Origin: Yuukianura sp. NJ FZ-2021
Taxonomy: Eukaryota
DNA: 64,000 nt
Direction of reading: 5' to 3'
Assembly (NCBI GenBank): GCA_046563655.1
Contig: CM102286.1
Span: 3,782,001-3,846,000 of the forward strand
The notes under the pieces are model-generated. The model was given only the letters and a program-made list of their open reading frames with translations. It ran no database searches and had not been told where the DNA came from. A program made the position numbers and the translations under genes. Positions 22,899-37,100 of this stretch are shown here, one piece after another (positions within the stretch are counted from its first letter, which is position 1; each line of letters begins with the position of its first letter).

Positions 22899-24884
22899 TC
22901 TGACAAAACAGACAGCAAGTTAAAAAAAGTTAATTTTTGAAAAAAAGAAAGAACATCAAAGTGTTTTTCCTGTATCTGTTTTTGAGGAATTGTAATTTTT
23001 TTGCCCTTGGGCGATGTCTATTATAGGCCAGCGTTTAAAAGTTTTACGTTTTGCTTTGTTGTAAAAGTTAACTTTCTCTTTTTCAGTTTAGTTCTAAACT
23101 AAAACTCTCACGACAATTAATAGAATGGAAAGTTTAGATGAGAAGTTTTTTTTTGTAGGCGTTTCCTGTTGACAAAGAGCTTTTCAAATTATAACCCATT
23201 TTCAGCCTTTCTTTATTGTGTTATTTCTGTTCAGAATCGTTGATCCATCCCGAGATTCAAAAGAAATCGCTTCAAGAAAAAGTTCGTGTTAACTTTTACA
23301 TTACACAGTCCGTTCGGATGAGGGCATACATCATCCATCTAGTGACGCTGACAACTTCCTAAGAAACTGTCGTCCTGATTTGTGGAAATGGGCAGACAAA
23401 GTTGGACGCTGATCTTGGCGCCAGTGGCCTCGTGCTTTCATGACACAATGCCTACTGACTCGCCCTTCATAGGGTGAACTTGGCTTACAAAAAATTACTT
23501 TGTCTGCCATCTCTTTACATCTCAAGAGATAACGCCTACAAGCCTTTGAATTCGATCAAGTGAAAGTGTCAACCCAAAGAAACAAATCTCTGCGACATAA
23601 ATTTTTAGAAAAATGGGCTATTGTTGGGGCTATGGCTCCGGATTCTATACAAAGAAAAATTCAAAAAAAAATTGAGTGCTAGCCAACAATGCAAATGCTG
23701 TCTGCAATTTGGCAAGTACTTCTCATAATTAATCAAATTTCAAGTACTTCTTTAGATAAACTAAAACTAATCCTACAAATATAATTTTTTTTTAAATCTA
23801 AATTTTATTTTATCTAGTTTGAGATTTTCTCTAATTCGTGCAATTTTTTCAGACAAAAATCAAACAGAATTTATTATAGAATGAGAATTGAGAAAGTGAA
23901 AGTAAATCCTATAAGATTTTATTTGCAAAATACCGTGACAAAACCAGATTTTTGGTTTCAAAAAAAAAAATACACGTTTTTAGTGAAAGCAAGTTGTATT
24001 GTTTTAAGGTTTCAACTTTGCCCTTAGAAGAAAACAAAAAAAGAAATTGAATTTGCTGTGCAATATCAGTTTTAACTCAACCCAAATAAAACCTTGACCA
24101 ATAAATTGAAAGTTTTTGAGAACCTGAGTAATAAGAGAAGCTTTTTCGCTGATTCGGTTGACCTTTGGGTTAGTTTAGATGCTGCTTCTAGGTAAAGTTT
24201 GATAGATGAAGGTCGTTGAGCACAATTGTGGTGACCGAGGGGTACTTGAACCAGCAGGAGGGTTCAACTGCAAGCGGAACGTTTGGACCGGAGTCGTGGA
24301 CTGCGAACGACGTCGCTGGTTCCTGAAGCTTAAATCTCTGAGGACTCAACGGGGGAGTGCGCTTCTTTTTATTCCAAATGGCGGTTGTGTCTTTGGCTGA
24401 TGGAGAAAGTAGCCACTTTCTAGGATTCAAAGAGGTGGGAATTGCTGGGACGAAAGGCCCGGGATTCAGCATTTAGTGCTTACTAACCATTGTGGTTTAG
24501 GACCCAACACCTCCGCAAACTGATCCTCCAAATATAAAATCCAAGAAACCTACTTTCACTTTCTCTTTTACTATTTCTATGAAATAAGAGCAACAGTAGG
24601 AAAAACCTCAACAAATAAAAACTAATACTAAACCTAATTTCGTAATATTCTCAAAATGGTTGTTGCCTATTTTCTATTTCATAAAACCAAAATGCTTCGA
24701 ACTAGTCGTGAAGCTGAGCTTGCGTAATAAAACCTTTAAGTTACGAATATCAAATAAGAAAGTCTACAATTTTGTACAACTTTGTCGGCCTTCTCCTTTT
24801 GAATTTTACAGTATTCTCCTTGCAACTTGGACTGTTCATTTCAATTTTGTTCCAGTTTCGGTTGGGGTAAGCTTTGACGAGCGT

Positions 24885-25024
24885 CATTGTAGCCACTTTG
24901 CGACTATAACGAGCGGCTACGCTGCATGGCTACAAATGTTGCCACTCAAATGTAGGCTACATGGCTACAAATGCAGACGCTTATACTATAGTGGCCACGC
25001 AAAATGGTAGTAGCGGCTACAATG
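24885..25024. repeat. About 140-bp imperfect inverted-repeat element rich in GGCTACA/TGTAGCC words (MITE-like or fold-back)
   Basis: CATTGTAGCCACT (24885-24897) pairs with AGCGGCTACAATG (25012-25024) with one mismatch. Inner TTTGCG/CGCAAA and ACTATA/TATAGT also pair, and several internal GGCTAC copies are present. Confidence 0.5.
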
Positions 25025-28000
25025 TGCGGCTACAATTACTATCTTTCAAACTTACCGCGACTTAACTTTCTATAAGTTTTTCGATGGTTGGGTGAGCTAA
25101 TGGGTATGAAATTTACCAAAAATTAATTTAGTTTAGCCCAGTATTATTCCGCACGTAATAGTAAATGGATTTGAAATTCTGAGTAAGTAGGATTCAAACA
25201 AAACCGTCAAATAAGGATGCTCAAAAGGGCAGAAGTGGTGAGGTAGTAAAAGGATTTCCGTATGTATTGTAGTGTTCTATTACCTCAATTTCTCTGAATC
25301 GTTTTATGATGGTGGATCCCGAATGTTCTAAATTAATTTTCCAAGGTGTGAATAGTGGCGCCTGATATCAGTTCTCATTTGTACCTAATTCGTTCACTTT
25401 CTCTTTGAACAGGAGTTAGGGATCCCAGGACACTGTTCCAAATTGGCTCAGATTAGCGGCTAAGCCCAACACAAAATATGTGCTACCGGCTACAACGCGT
25501 GCAATGTTACAGTACGCATAACACTGCTTGCTGTATGCTGTTGAAGTAGCGTTACTGACTGGAATTTGTAAAGAAGAGAACTTTACAAACGAATGCTTGC
25601 AAGCTAACCGTATCTCGCTTTTCAAAAATTTTAGTCACAGGGTTAAAATGAACGCACTTTTAACAGGGAGTTATGACAGTTACATTCACGGCAGTCAGAA
25701 CACGTCAAAAGTGTGAATCGGCGTTCAATGTGAATAGAAAAAGCATGATATTCAGTATATAAACACAATACGACAGTTTTTAACGAAAAGAAAGCTTTTT
25801 TTTTATAATCTTTAAAACTTTGTAAATGAAAAGCTTTAATTTCATTTTGAAATGTGTTAGCACTGTTATGATGAATTGTATATCAAGAATCATAAAGTAA
25901 GTTCGTAGTTTGCAAATTCTGGAGATTCAAAGATCGATGACTTGCGTCATAAATTGGAGCGTGATTTGCAATAAATTTGCCCCGTTGAACGCCTTTCTCC
26001 ATTCCACTCTAGTGGAGTAAAATGAATTGAAGGAATCAATTAAAAGATTTGGAGTTTTCACTTTCTCTCATTCTTTCGATTCTGGAATGTTTTTTTCCTC
26101 CAAGTAAGGCCAGAGAAAAGCAAACATTGCGGAAAAAGTTGTAAATGCTAACTCAATTTTTTAATTTACAGGATCCTGTAGAAGTCTGTGAAAATACTAA
26201 TCCGATTCTCTAGTTACTGAACAGAAATGCTTCAGGCAATGATTAACTTATAACATCAACGTTTGCTTAGCTTTTGTCTAACATGTAAACTCGTGTACTT
26301 ATCAGATGTTTTAGTTATTGCCCAGGACCGATATTTTACTATCAGTATCTGTCTACTTTGGTTGGCTTTTATTTAAGCATTCTTTAGTATTTGCAGTTTC
26401 CAGGAAATTTTTATCTTGTAGGCGTCTAAAGTGAGTAATGTTAGGTCAACAAGTTTGTAGACAATACGACTCCCAACAGCAGGCGACATCTCGCTTTTAG
26501 CTGCGCTCCGAATATGGTTTTACGTTTACAGCAATTCCAACAAACAGCACTAGAGGTCGATTCAAACCTTTCACCGACTCTTCTTAAAAAAGAAAGTCAG
26601 TGAAAGCATATCCAAAGTTTCAAAACTTCCGCTTTCTATTTTTTTGTCTTTCAACAATAAATTAAGTAGTAGAAAAAGAAATTCTCAAACCCAAATCGTA
26701 GTTACTCGGCACAAAATGCTGAACAAATTATTATTCCCCAAAGAATTTCAGTTTAGCATAGAAATTCTTGTATTCTTTAATCTAAAATATATTCCCGAAC
26801 TTGTTTTTTTTCTTCAGAAAACAATATTTTTCCACTGTTGTTTCAGTTTCCAGTGGCATTTTAATTCTTTTTAGTATACCTGGCTATTGTAGGCACAGGT
26901 CAAATAGCCTGTACTTTACCTTACGGTGTTGCTTGGGTATTGTTTTTGTGTCGTTGCAAAGTTGACAAAGGAGAAAGTGGAGAAAGTGACGCTTGTCAGT
27001 AGAGGGTATCTGATCTATGACTGTAATTTCGTTTCACTTGGCTTATCAACGGAGTCGCATCCACCACAAACAACAAACGGAGCGCAACGGGCCGTGTCGG
27101 AAACGCGTTACGGAAATGACATGAGAATAGATATTATTATTACGACGTCCAACTTAAGAGGAATGCGATGTTTGGAAAGTTTAGGTTAAAAGGCAACCAT
27201 TTCCTGTAAACTCAAAAGGTAAATACTGTTTACAAGTCGGAGAATTGCTCTGCTAACTCGACAATTGACAACTCTCATTTCAAGCGCTGCTTTAAATAGA
27301 ATTAGATCTTGAGTATTTTAAATTTGGAGGCTTTGTTTACGGAAAATGTTAAATCTATTCATAGCTCCTATCCGAGAAATAGCATTGTCTAGGCAGAGTT
27401 GTGCAAAAAACAATCGATCATTTCTTTTTGTACTTTTTTTTAAACGCATAGCTGTTCATCAAGCTACAAAGCCGTGTGGCATCAAACAAAAGTTTTGTCC
27501 TTGTCGCCTGTCATGACGCTCACGGAAATCAAGAGCGGTATAAAACGATGTGCTTCGTACGGGATTTTTAATCAAAAGACTTTGTGCAGCGGAGGAGGGG
27601 ATCTCTTCATCTCTGCTGTCATCCTACAGCGTTACTGCAAACTTGGGCGAATGAAGCAATTTCCGGTTTACAGAAAGAAAAACGACTGCTCAGATCCAGC
27701 GCCACAAAAATTCAACCATCTCAGCTAAAAAAAAATAATTCTCATGCCTCAAGTACAATTTAACAAAAGCATAAAGCAACACATCTAGAATTCAGGAATG
27801 AAGATTTCATCTGAATTTTGGTTTCTAGCAGTTGAAATGTGAAGTAGAAAATAAGGAGATTGAGTTTATTGTAGTAAATTTCTAAGAATTTTAGACATTG
27901 TCGAAAGCATAAGATAGTATTGTTGAAGGTTAGGATTTAAGGGAACATTCACATGTTTAAACTTTTCGATTTATGTTCAAAATTTTTGTATAAAATTTGA

Positions 28001-28119
28001 TATCACAGGGTAGTAATATTGTTATTTCACCGGGAATTAATAAACTTAGGTTAAAACCACAGCGTAGACAGTGTAATAACAGGAGTAGGCGCAAGAATTT
28101 TGAAAATGTTCCGTTGATT

Positions 28120-31100
28120 TTAAACGGCATGAAAAAACGTAGGTTTTCCAGCTTTGGATTCCAGGAAAAGATGGATGTGCTGAAAAGTAGGTCGATCGTC
28201 TGGATCTCTTTGCCAGCATTCCCGCATGAGGTCAAATATTTCTGGTGGACTTAGAACCGGTTGAGGGAGCCATACTTGCTAAAAAATGAAATTTAAAATT
28301 GAAATTTTATTTATTCTTTTTTTTTTCGAAATTCTTTCAAATTTTTGAAATTTAAATACCTCGTCAGTAGCAGTGGCTCCGTAATTCTCAGCCAATGGCA
28401 CCAACTGATGGTCTTCAATGTGTGCTAAAGGCTTTTGGCGGCATAGTGTTAGAATCTCCCACAACGTAACGCCAAACGACCACACAGTTCCTTTCATGTT
28501 CAGATCATCCTGAAATTAAATTTGAAAAGAATTCAAAATTGAGATTCAAAATTACGAAAAGCGGGAATAGCGTTATTCCATACACGACGCGAATTTGACG
28601 CTTTTGCGAATTCAACTTACAGAAATCACAGATTCCCAAGGCCACCAGCGCAATGGTGCTCGTCCTTTAGAAGTATCGCAGTAGTCGTCGTGATACTGTT
28701 CACAAGCCATAGCAAGGTCACAGATTTTGACAGATCCTTCACTCTCTACCAAGCAGTTTCTGAAAGAACAAGTTTTAAAATCACATTGGCAAATAGATCA
28801 TGAATCTTAAATGTAGCACAAGTTCCGAAAAGCGGAACAGTAAACACGTTTTGATGAAATGTTCCTGGACGGTGGTTACCTTGCAGCAAGGTCTCGGTGG
28901 ATTAGACACAGACTCTCCAAGTAGTTCATTCCGGACGCAATTTGACATCCGACGTTTACAAGCCAACCCAAGCTGAAAAATAAATAGAAACTTCAATTTT
29001 TACAAACCAAAATGAACTTTTAGAGTAATCGCTTTTGGCCAGGCACGCTTTTGGTCTATTTCGCTGCAACATACTAAACCAAAGGTGTCATCAATCAATT
29101 CAAACATAATTTATCACATCACGTTTCAAATTTTATGCAACTCCTGAAAGAATTGAAAGCTTTCACGCAAAATTACGTTTCAGATTTCTTGGATTTTTAA
29201 ACACATAAGGGATCGTTGCACGACAAAGCTAAAATTGTGAGTGGAAGCTCTATTTTTTTTTTTGTTAGGTTTAGCCTAGATTCCAGTTTTGAATGCTACA
29301 GAATCTCACGAATCTCACTTAATAAAACTTTTGTACGTTTTTGACCTCTCGAAAGTTGTTGACCTTCATCAGCTCAAACAACATTACCTCGGTGTGTTTG
29401 TAAGCCTCGACAGGAAGGAGCAGAGGTCACCAAATTCTGGTGCAGGAAACAACGCCAGTCTGACTCCAGACAGTTCAGGCGTAAGGCCAGCAAGGTCAAG
29501 AACATGCTCGTGATCCAGGATATTCAACAACCGGATCTCCGCTAGGCTCTGGGGAGAAAAAATAAGAACCAGGGTGGATTAGATCTCGTGTCTACACAGG
29601 AGTCCCTCTGGAGTAATTTCTAGTTTGAGACATTTTGGAATTCCTTAGAGACCTTGATGGTTTTGCCAATGAGACGACCGTTCCTGAGCATTCCTTCTTG
29701 ACAGCCAATTTCTCCTTCGACTTCGTAGAGATGGACCTACGGAAGACAGACAGAAATCGACAAAATGAAACGTTTACCGCAAAGCTTCTAATAAACTTCG
29801 GCCTCTATTACACCGCAGGGGTAAAACGTAAGATTCAAGGTAAACGGTGGGGATCTATTGGAGGTTTCACGGTACTCTCATTGGCTGTCTGCCTTGAGAC
29901 GCAGTCTTCGACAGCTTCCTGCCACTGAACTGAAGGAACTAAAGCTGTCGATGAACAAAGAATGTGAAAGTGCGCGGGAAAAACGGGATGGGGGAGACAG
30001 GGAGTCAGTTTCATTGAAATCTTCCTGTCCATTAGATGAGATAAATTGATCGCGGGAAGAACGAAGCAATTTATATCCTCCCGCGGCTTTTCCTGCGTCC
30101 CCCTCAGCACACCCTAGTGTTAAAACCATTGGTGGTTGTGGTCAATACCTGGCCGTAGATACAGGATCCTAAGTTCTCTATCAATCTTAATTGCCTCAAC
30201 GACACCTCAGGGACGACTCGAATGGGAAGATTCCGCAGGAACGAACGACTCCCGCAACACATATTCCAACTCGAAGTCCCAATTTTGTTCTGCAAAAGAA
30301 ACAACCATAAATGTAAAATATTTTCAAAAACAAATCATGTTTACAAGTTTTAGAAAACCCAAAATTTAATCTATGGCTTAACAGCTGCCTTGGTAGACAT
30401 GAAAATACTTTCATCGTGTTTACACTTGAACAAACTCCAGGCAGACTTTATGTAAAGTTTTGGACTGGTGTCGTTGAACTCAAAAAAAGTTCTTCCCGGG
30501 AGAGCAACGACATATTTCAAAATGGACATTTTTCAAAAAAAAATTACGCCTTTGCTTTACTTTTTGTGAAGTTGTGTTTTCACTGCGTATGTTAAAACCA
30601 TTAAAGTGAGTGACGCTGACTCCTCATTAAAATGAAATTTGGAAACAAGATTTTCAATTTTCTTTGCATTTTTGAAATTTCTTTCTGAAGTTTCTTCTTA
30701 TCACTGATAAATTGGAAAAATGTGTTCCGATTCCCATAAAATTCACACCATATGTAAACCGGATGAAAGTTTTACAAAATTTTGTTATCAATTAGAATCT
30801 AGACAAAAAAGTTATGACTCTCTTTTTTGCAGTATAAACTTTAGAAAATCCTATTAAAATTCTAAAGTTGTTCAGAGGCAATTTTAACACAGAAAGTGAA
30901 GAAAACCTTCTCCTCTCAAAGTCAAATGAAATGTTTACTTTACAAATCTTTTTATAAAGTTTTTAGCATACTAATAAGAATCAAAGAAAGTTTTTCAATT
31001 CTCCTCCAACTTTCTCTTGTCTTTCGTTTTTTCATTAACTTGTTCTCCCTGGTGAAAGTTGTTCTCGAAAGTAAAAAAACGTATCCCGAAACCATGTTAA

Positions 31101-34100
31101 AGAAAAGGTGCCAAAATTTTTTGTCTGTCTGGCCAAACTCCTTACTTTTCTAGTAGTTTTTGTGCCGGGAGACTTTGTTTGTTGAGGATTGGGTTCGTCG
31201 AGTCTTCTTTGAGTATCTTCATAGATTTGTTCCTCGAGGTCTTCCAACTGATTCGATCGTAAGGTCAAACTCCTAAGTCCATTTTCCTTATTCTTAGTAG
31301 TTCCATACTGGTTGTGATGAGTTCCTATAGAAAGTCAAAGTCAAAGGAAAAGGCATTAATAATACTTCAGTACACGCAGTAGTACTGCGCTCGAGTATTT
31401 GGCTCAAGCTGACTCACACACCATCATCATCACTTCAAGAGCCAAGAGAAACGATGGAGGTCCTTCAACTTTTGTCAAGTGACTTTCGAGCCCAAAACTT
31501 GACTTTGGGAAATGAGAAAACAGGAATGCCTTGGCACAAATTTGTTGTATGGAGAAATTAGGGTGAGGCTATTTGTACGAACGGCGGATTTCCCAGCAGA
31601 CATTGGTATTTAACAAACAAATGCTGCACCAGGCGGACCGAGTTAAGCTGTTTCGCTAAAACTAGTAACCGAAAAACCAAAACTTTACACTAAAACCAAA
31701 ACAGGACGCTAAAATTTATACAACCTTAAGGATAATGGTTAGCATAATTGTTTATTTTAAGGCACCAAGTTTTCTCTCTGTTTAATTCTACCTTGGGGGG
31801 TTTGTTTTTGAGAGAAAACCAGCGCGGATTTTGAAACTGAAGAGCCTTGGCATCTTAAGGAGCCAAGGGAGGCTGACTAGAGTTTATAAGCGTTCTGGTT
31901 ATTGTTTAGGTTTCTACGAAAAGTGATTTTGAGAAGGTTGAGCAGGTGGTTTTAACGACTCTGTTCCGTTTACGTTACCCGGTTTGAAAGCTTGGGCGGG
32001 AGGGAAGGTTTGAAAGTAATGGATTTCTTATCTGGGTACAAAATCCTCCATGAAGTGGAGCTGGGGCGGCAAGGTTCGAAGTTTTTTGAAAAAGCTTAGA
32101 GGAAGAACGGGAGAAAGCTAAGGGAGCCCAAACAACTTTCTCCCTTGCTCTTCATCTATTCCCCATTTGCTCCAACCAAATCTCTCTAGTCATAATCATA
32201 ATTTCCCGCCTAGGTTCGGAATGGCCTTTTTTCCTTGAAACCTACTGTACTTTGTAAGAAAAAGTTTAGCCCAAAACCTTCTTTCTTATAACTAAAGTCG
32301 GCTATTAAAGTAATAAATTATGATTCAATTATTTTTCTATAGAATTTTGAAAAGGGAATCGTAATTGATTTGAATCAAACGGAACAATCACTTTATTTCG
32401 CCAAATAGAAACCAACGCAAAACAATTTCTTTTGAATTTTCTAAACCGAATAATTCCTTAAATTATTTGCGTCCGAAATTAATTTGAGGCAAGCTGAACA
32501 ACGACTTTTTTTTCTTTTTTCACTTTCACTTTTCCGTGAAATGGAAAACAACGCAGTGCTTCAAAATACGAAAAAGAAAGTCCTTCATTTTTTAGTTAAA
32601 TCGAGCTCTCTCTTCAGATTAATGCTCTCTTGGATTAAATTTCAACTTGAATCCACTACGCCGCTTATAGTTTTTGGCTCCATTTTCTACTCGAGCAGGA
32701 ACAAAGTGTTTTACGTTGGCAGTTGGACAGGGTCACACACTTTATCAATTCAAAATGAAGTTTTGTGTTGTGCATTAAAATGTGTGGTTTTGTGCGTATA
32801 GAGTAGAAATCCAAGCTTCTCCCTCCCTTCCCGCAGTTTCCATCATCCACTTTTCAAATGCTCCAAGGAACAAAAAAAGTGTCACATAAATAATATTTTT
32901 AGAAAACCGAAAAAAGATTTCAACCCTTTTCAGTTTTCCCCGCGCTTTCACTCCGTTCCTCTGCTTCCTCTTGAACAATATGAAACTTAAATGGACTCTT
33001 AGGGCAAAAGTTGTTTTAAAAATGAAAAGCAAGGGAAAGTTTTTTTTTCAAGGTGAAGGCACTATACAACCCATTTTAAAAAAAATCAAAAAGATGAAAG
33101 AAAGTTTTCCCTTCTGTTTTTTCTGTGCATCAGCGCCTATCAAGAAGCTTTTTGCCTTTGAGTTTTGTGGATGTGGGAGATGCTTCAAGTCTTCCATGTC
33201 CAACGATATTCGAATTTTCAATCAGACTCAAAATACGTGAGAAAGTTCTACTCTTCGTCTTCGATCTTTCACCAAGAAGAAGATCATTACAATAAACACA
33301 AAGGATACAAAAGGCTTCGGTTTTTTTCTAGTCTCGCTTCATGAAAAAAGAAGAATCTGGATTTTCTCTTTCCTAAGTATTTTCTTTTTCGCTTTGTGTC
33401 AAAGGGATGAACACCACTTCAACGGAGCCACTGGACTTTCACTTGGAGAATGGACTTTTAGACTTGTAATGTTCCAGAAGAAGACTCTGTGTCCAGCATT
33501 CTTTTCGTTCTCAAGAGAATCTTACAGTCTGTTTGTTCTTTCAAAGAGTTTTTAGGCTGAAGGCCTTGGCGGTTTTCCAAATGTTCAATTTTTCTCTTTC
33601 GAAATTTCATTAAAAATGAGGTTATATTGTTTCGATTTCCTGTTGACCTAACATTTTTTGATACAAAACTCGAACTCACACCGCTTTTTTTTTTCAAAAT
33701 ACGCGCCAATTCAGTGTCACGTTTTTTGTTGTATGTATAAAACTTCACTTGCCCATGTTTTTCAAAAATCAAAACAACGGAGTTTTTATCAGTTTTTTTT
33801 GGAACAGAAAAACGTAACCTCTGGCTCATTCTACTCTCTGGAAAGCTCTAATTTCACTAAAACAATAAAAACTTGCTTTTTTTTTTGAGAATTTTGAAGT
33901 TTTTCGTACCTTGAAGAAGTCCGTTCGGTTGGTTCCTGTGCTGCACACCGTTTGAATATTGTGGCGGTGGACTACACTGCTGAAAGTCACTTCCCCCGTT
34001 GACCTTCGTCCCATTAGCCACTGGCGTGAGTGTCAAAAGCAAATCCTGTAAATAAAAATAAAATAAGAAAAGTTGCCTGCAACTAATGCAGTGGCTGGTG

Positions 34101-37100
34101 AAAGTGAAAAAGGGAATTTGTTTAGTTTGGTTTTGGGTAGGGAAAAGCTTTTCAGAATAATCTGCGAAGCCTTGAGTCACTTTGTCATGCTGAAGTGAAG
34201 TGAATGGGTCCATGGGGGGTTTGCCAAGTAAAGTGACGTAAGATGACACATGTAATCCAAATTGGACCGCACAGCCACCACCACCACCCCTTCCATCCCA
34301 TTTCAAAATGAAAGTTCCCCCTCCATACTTTCACTTTGGAAAAAGGCAAGTTAATTTCATGTCACACGCCAAGCTCTGCTTACTTCCTCCCAAACCTTGA
34401 ACTCCTTTTGCTAACCTCAAAATTTTCTGGGAAATTTGAACTTGGAAAGTAAATTTGAAACTTTAGTAACACGTCGTTAGGCTTCCTTTTCAAGGTTAAC
34501 TGAATCAAAAGATTTACGAAAATTCATTCCCGTTTCTGTCAGTTTCGGAATAGAGATTTTTCAAGACAGAAATGAATCCTGCGGGAATTGAAGAGGAGCG
34601 TGTCATCATAAAAACCTGTTTGGGAATTGGTGACTCACTTTGACGCCTTCTGTTGCATTTCGGTTGTCCTGAGCCACAATGTGTGTAGGTACGGATGTCC
34701 ATGGACCACTTCTCCAAAACGAAAATCCATTTCCGGAGGGAATTTGTAGGGAAGAGGTAAAGGAACTGCCGGATTTTCGGATCCACAATATGAACCCACA
34801 GCCAATTGACACCAACAACAAAATTCCACATAGAATTCCCACCACAGTCTCTACCATTGATGAATCCAAGTCACCTAGAAACATTCAATTATGAAAAACT
34901 AAATTTTCATTTTTAAACTTCGGAGAAAGCAGAACTTTTGCAGGAGAAAATTTTACAAAATGGAAAAAAATAAACGAAGGGGAAAGGAAGAAGAATTTTT
35001 TTTTACATTTAGGTTAAATGCTAGAGCTAAAAAATAATGAATTTGGAAGAGAAAGCTACAAAAATCATTGAATTTTTTTTTAATTCTTTAATTCAAAAAA
35101 AAAAAATTTTAATCCGTTAAACACATGTTTTAGAAATCAGGATTTGAGTAATAAATTCAAGAGAAAATGGCTGTTGTTGGCTTTAATGAGCTTAAGCCTT
35201 GGGATTTTAAATCCTATTACTGTTGAACAAAAGGACTTACGGATCTCTAATGGTGACTGAGATTCTGAAAAGTCAGATCTGTCTTCCTCCTGCACTTCCG
35301 CTGTAAAATTTCCATCTACAATTTCTGGAACAAATGACATTGATATCATTAGCATCATTTTAAAGCATACGCTGAACGAGGCATAAATAAGGAAAACTAG
35401 GATGGTGGAGCTGATACGCCTCAAAAATAAGTTATTATTACTTTCCCTCTCCTAGCAACAAAGCCAGAGATTCGAGACTTTGATTTGAAGATCTGACGGA
35501 ACAGTTTTCCCTGTTTCATTTCATTTGAAACCCATCAAAAAGGAGGCATGCAACGGCACGATACTTTCTCCCTCTAATTCAATTTAGTTACTTCCCCCTG
35601 TCCCTCACTACTAAATTGCCATCAAACGCTATGGAAAACAACGGATGGACTCTATTGCCTCGACTCAAATTCCTTCTAATCCATTTAAACTTAAGCTCCA
35701 TTACATGCTTCGATATTTGTTTCATATGACATTTCAAATGTACAGGGCGGTCACCAAGTCATGGTGAAACACTTTTTTGTTCTAACTTTCTGCATTATGT
35801 GACTTATATTGAAAATCAACATGATGGGGAATGCAGAATTGTTTTGAGAAACGTATAAGTAGTGTACTAAGTTTTAAGAGTCGCAAACAAAATTGAATTT
35901 TTGACGCAATGTTTTTAAAAAAGTCGTCTCACATTCTTTTTTAATTTAGGTAGTTATGCATGAAATTTTTTAAAAGCATTCCCAAATTCCTTTGCCACTA
36001 CTTTTTTCCTATTTAGACTTGCGTGTGCTTGCTGTTGTGGAGCCACTATTTTTAGCACTCAAATTCAAATGTGTAAGCATACGTAATTTTAGTAGAACGT
36101 GCTTTAATTTAAAAAAAGGAATTTTTTGTCCATTTGAGACAGTCCAAAGCAGCAACAAAAGGAATAAGTAAGCACGAGTTGTACTCTTGTGAATTCAACT
36201 GTGCAACACTAGTCTTAGCACGCACTGAACTACCAAAAGAAGGAAAAAATGGTTCAAATGTGTAAGCCAAAGTATCTTCCTAGACGAGTGCTTTTTTATT
36301 TTATTTTTTTGGACTTAATTTCTAAACCTAGTCACGAATAGTGGAAATAATTAGAGCCAAGGAAAGTTTGTGAACTTTGTACTTTTTTTTAAGAAAAACT
36401 TGAACTTTAAAGTGGTTCGGCAGGAAGTAAAAACTTAATTTTCTTCACCCCAATTTAATTTCTAATTTAAAGACTCAAACGGAACAGAAAAGTGAGTGGG
36501 TTTATCATATCGGAGGTTTTCTTTCGGCTCCAAACCGAAATTCGGGGCGAAAGTAGTAGCTCCTTAGCATAGGATTATCATAGAGTCCTCCTTTTTAATT
36601 AAATAACCAAATCCTCATCCAACGTCCCTCTTCACTTTTTTGTCTTAAGAATAACTCATCTGGGACGTGAACCCACTTCCGCAAAAACTGCAAACTTCTT
36701 CTTTGAATTCTTAAAAACGCGCGTTATTAAATTTTGCGCTAAATTCCAACCCTTGATGCCCTAATTTTAGAACATAAACAATATTTGAACATTTAACCAC
36801 CAAGAAATAAGAAAAGCACTCGGCTTTTTTTGTTCAAATTTTAAAAACTTTGTTGAATTCTTCTTTCAATCTTTTTTCAAGTTGTGTTTTCGGACTCACC
36901 TGACTGAAAGTACATTTCTCCTAAGACAATCCAAGTATCACGAAAGTAAAGATGAATTTTGAGGAAGCGTCCAATGCCACCTTCCAGCCCAACGCTGATG
37001 TTCCTTGCATGTTCAAGCGTCAGATCCAGTCCAGGTCCTGGAGCAAAGCGTACACTTTTCCCGTTGAAATGCAGACCGCCCACGCTGAAACTAACTTTCA

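Noticed and set aside
24188..24480. GC-richer stretch with ORFs on both strands upstream of MIP
   Set aside because: No protein motif is present. It is more plausibly a non-coding 5' exon or promoter of MIP, which I cannot delimit.
26470..27730. Possible CTCF-like words and exon-like fragments between MIP and DDR
   Set aside because: The motif matches have several mismatches, and no frame gives a recognisable or spliceable product.
29835..30129. GC-richer ORFs (83-91 aa) inside a DDR kinase intron
   Set aside because: The flanking exons join directly in frame (YGQ|VHLYE), and the ORFs have no kinase motifs or real start.
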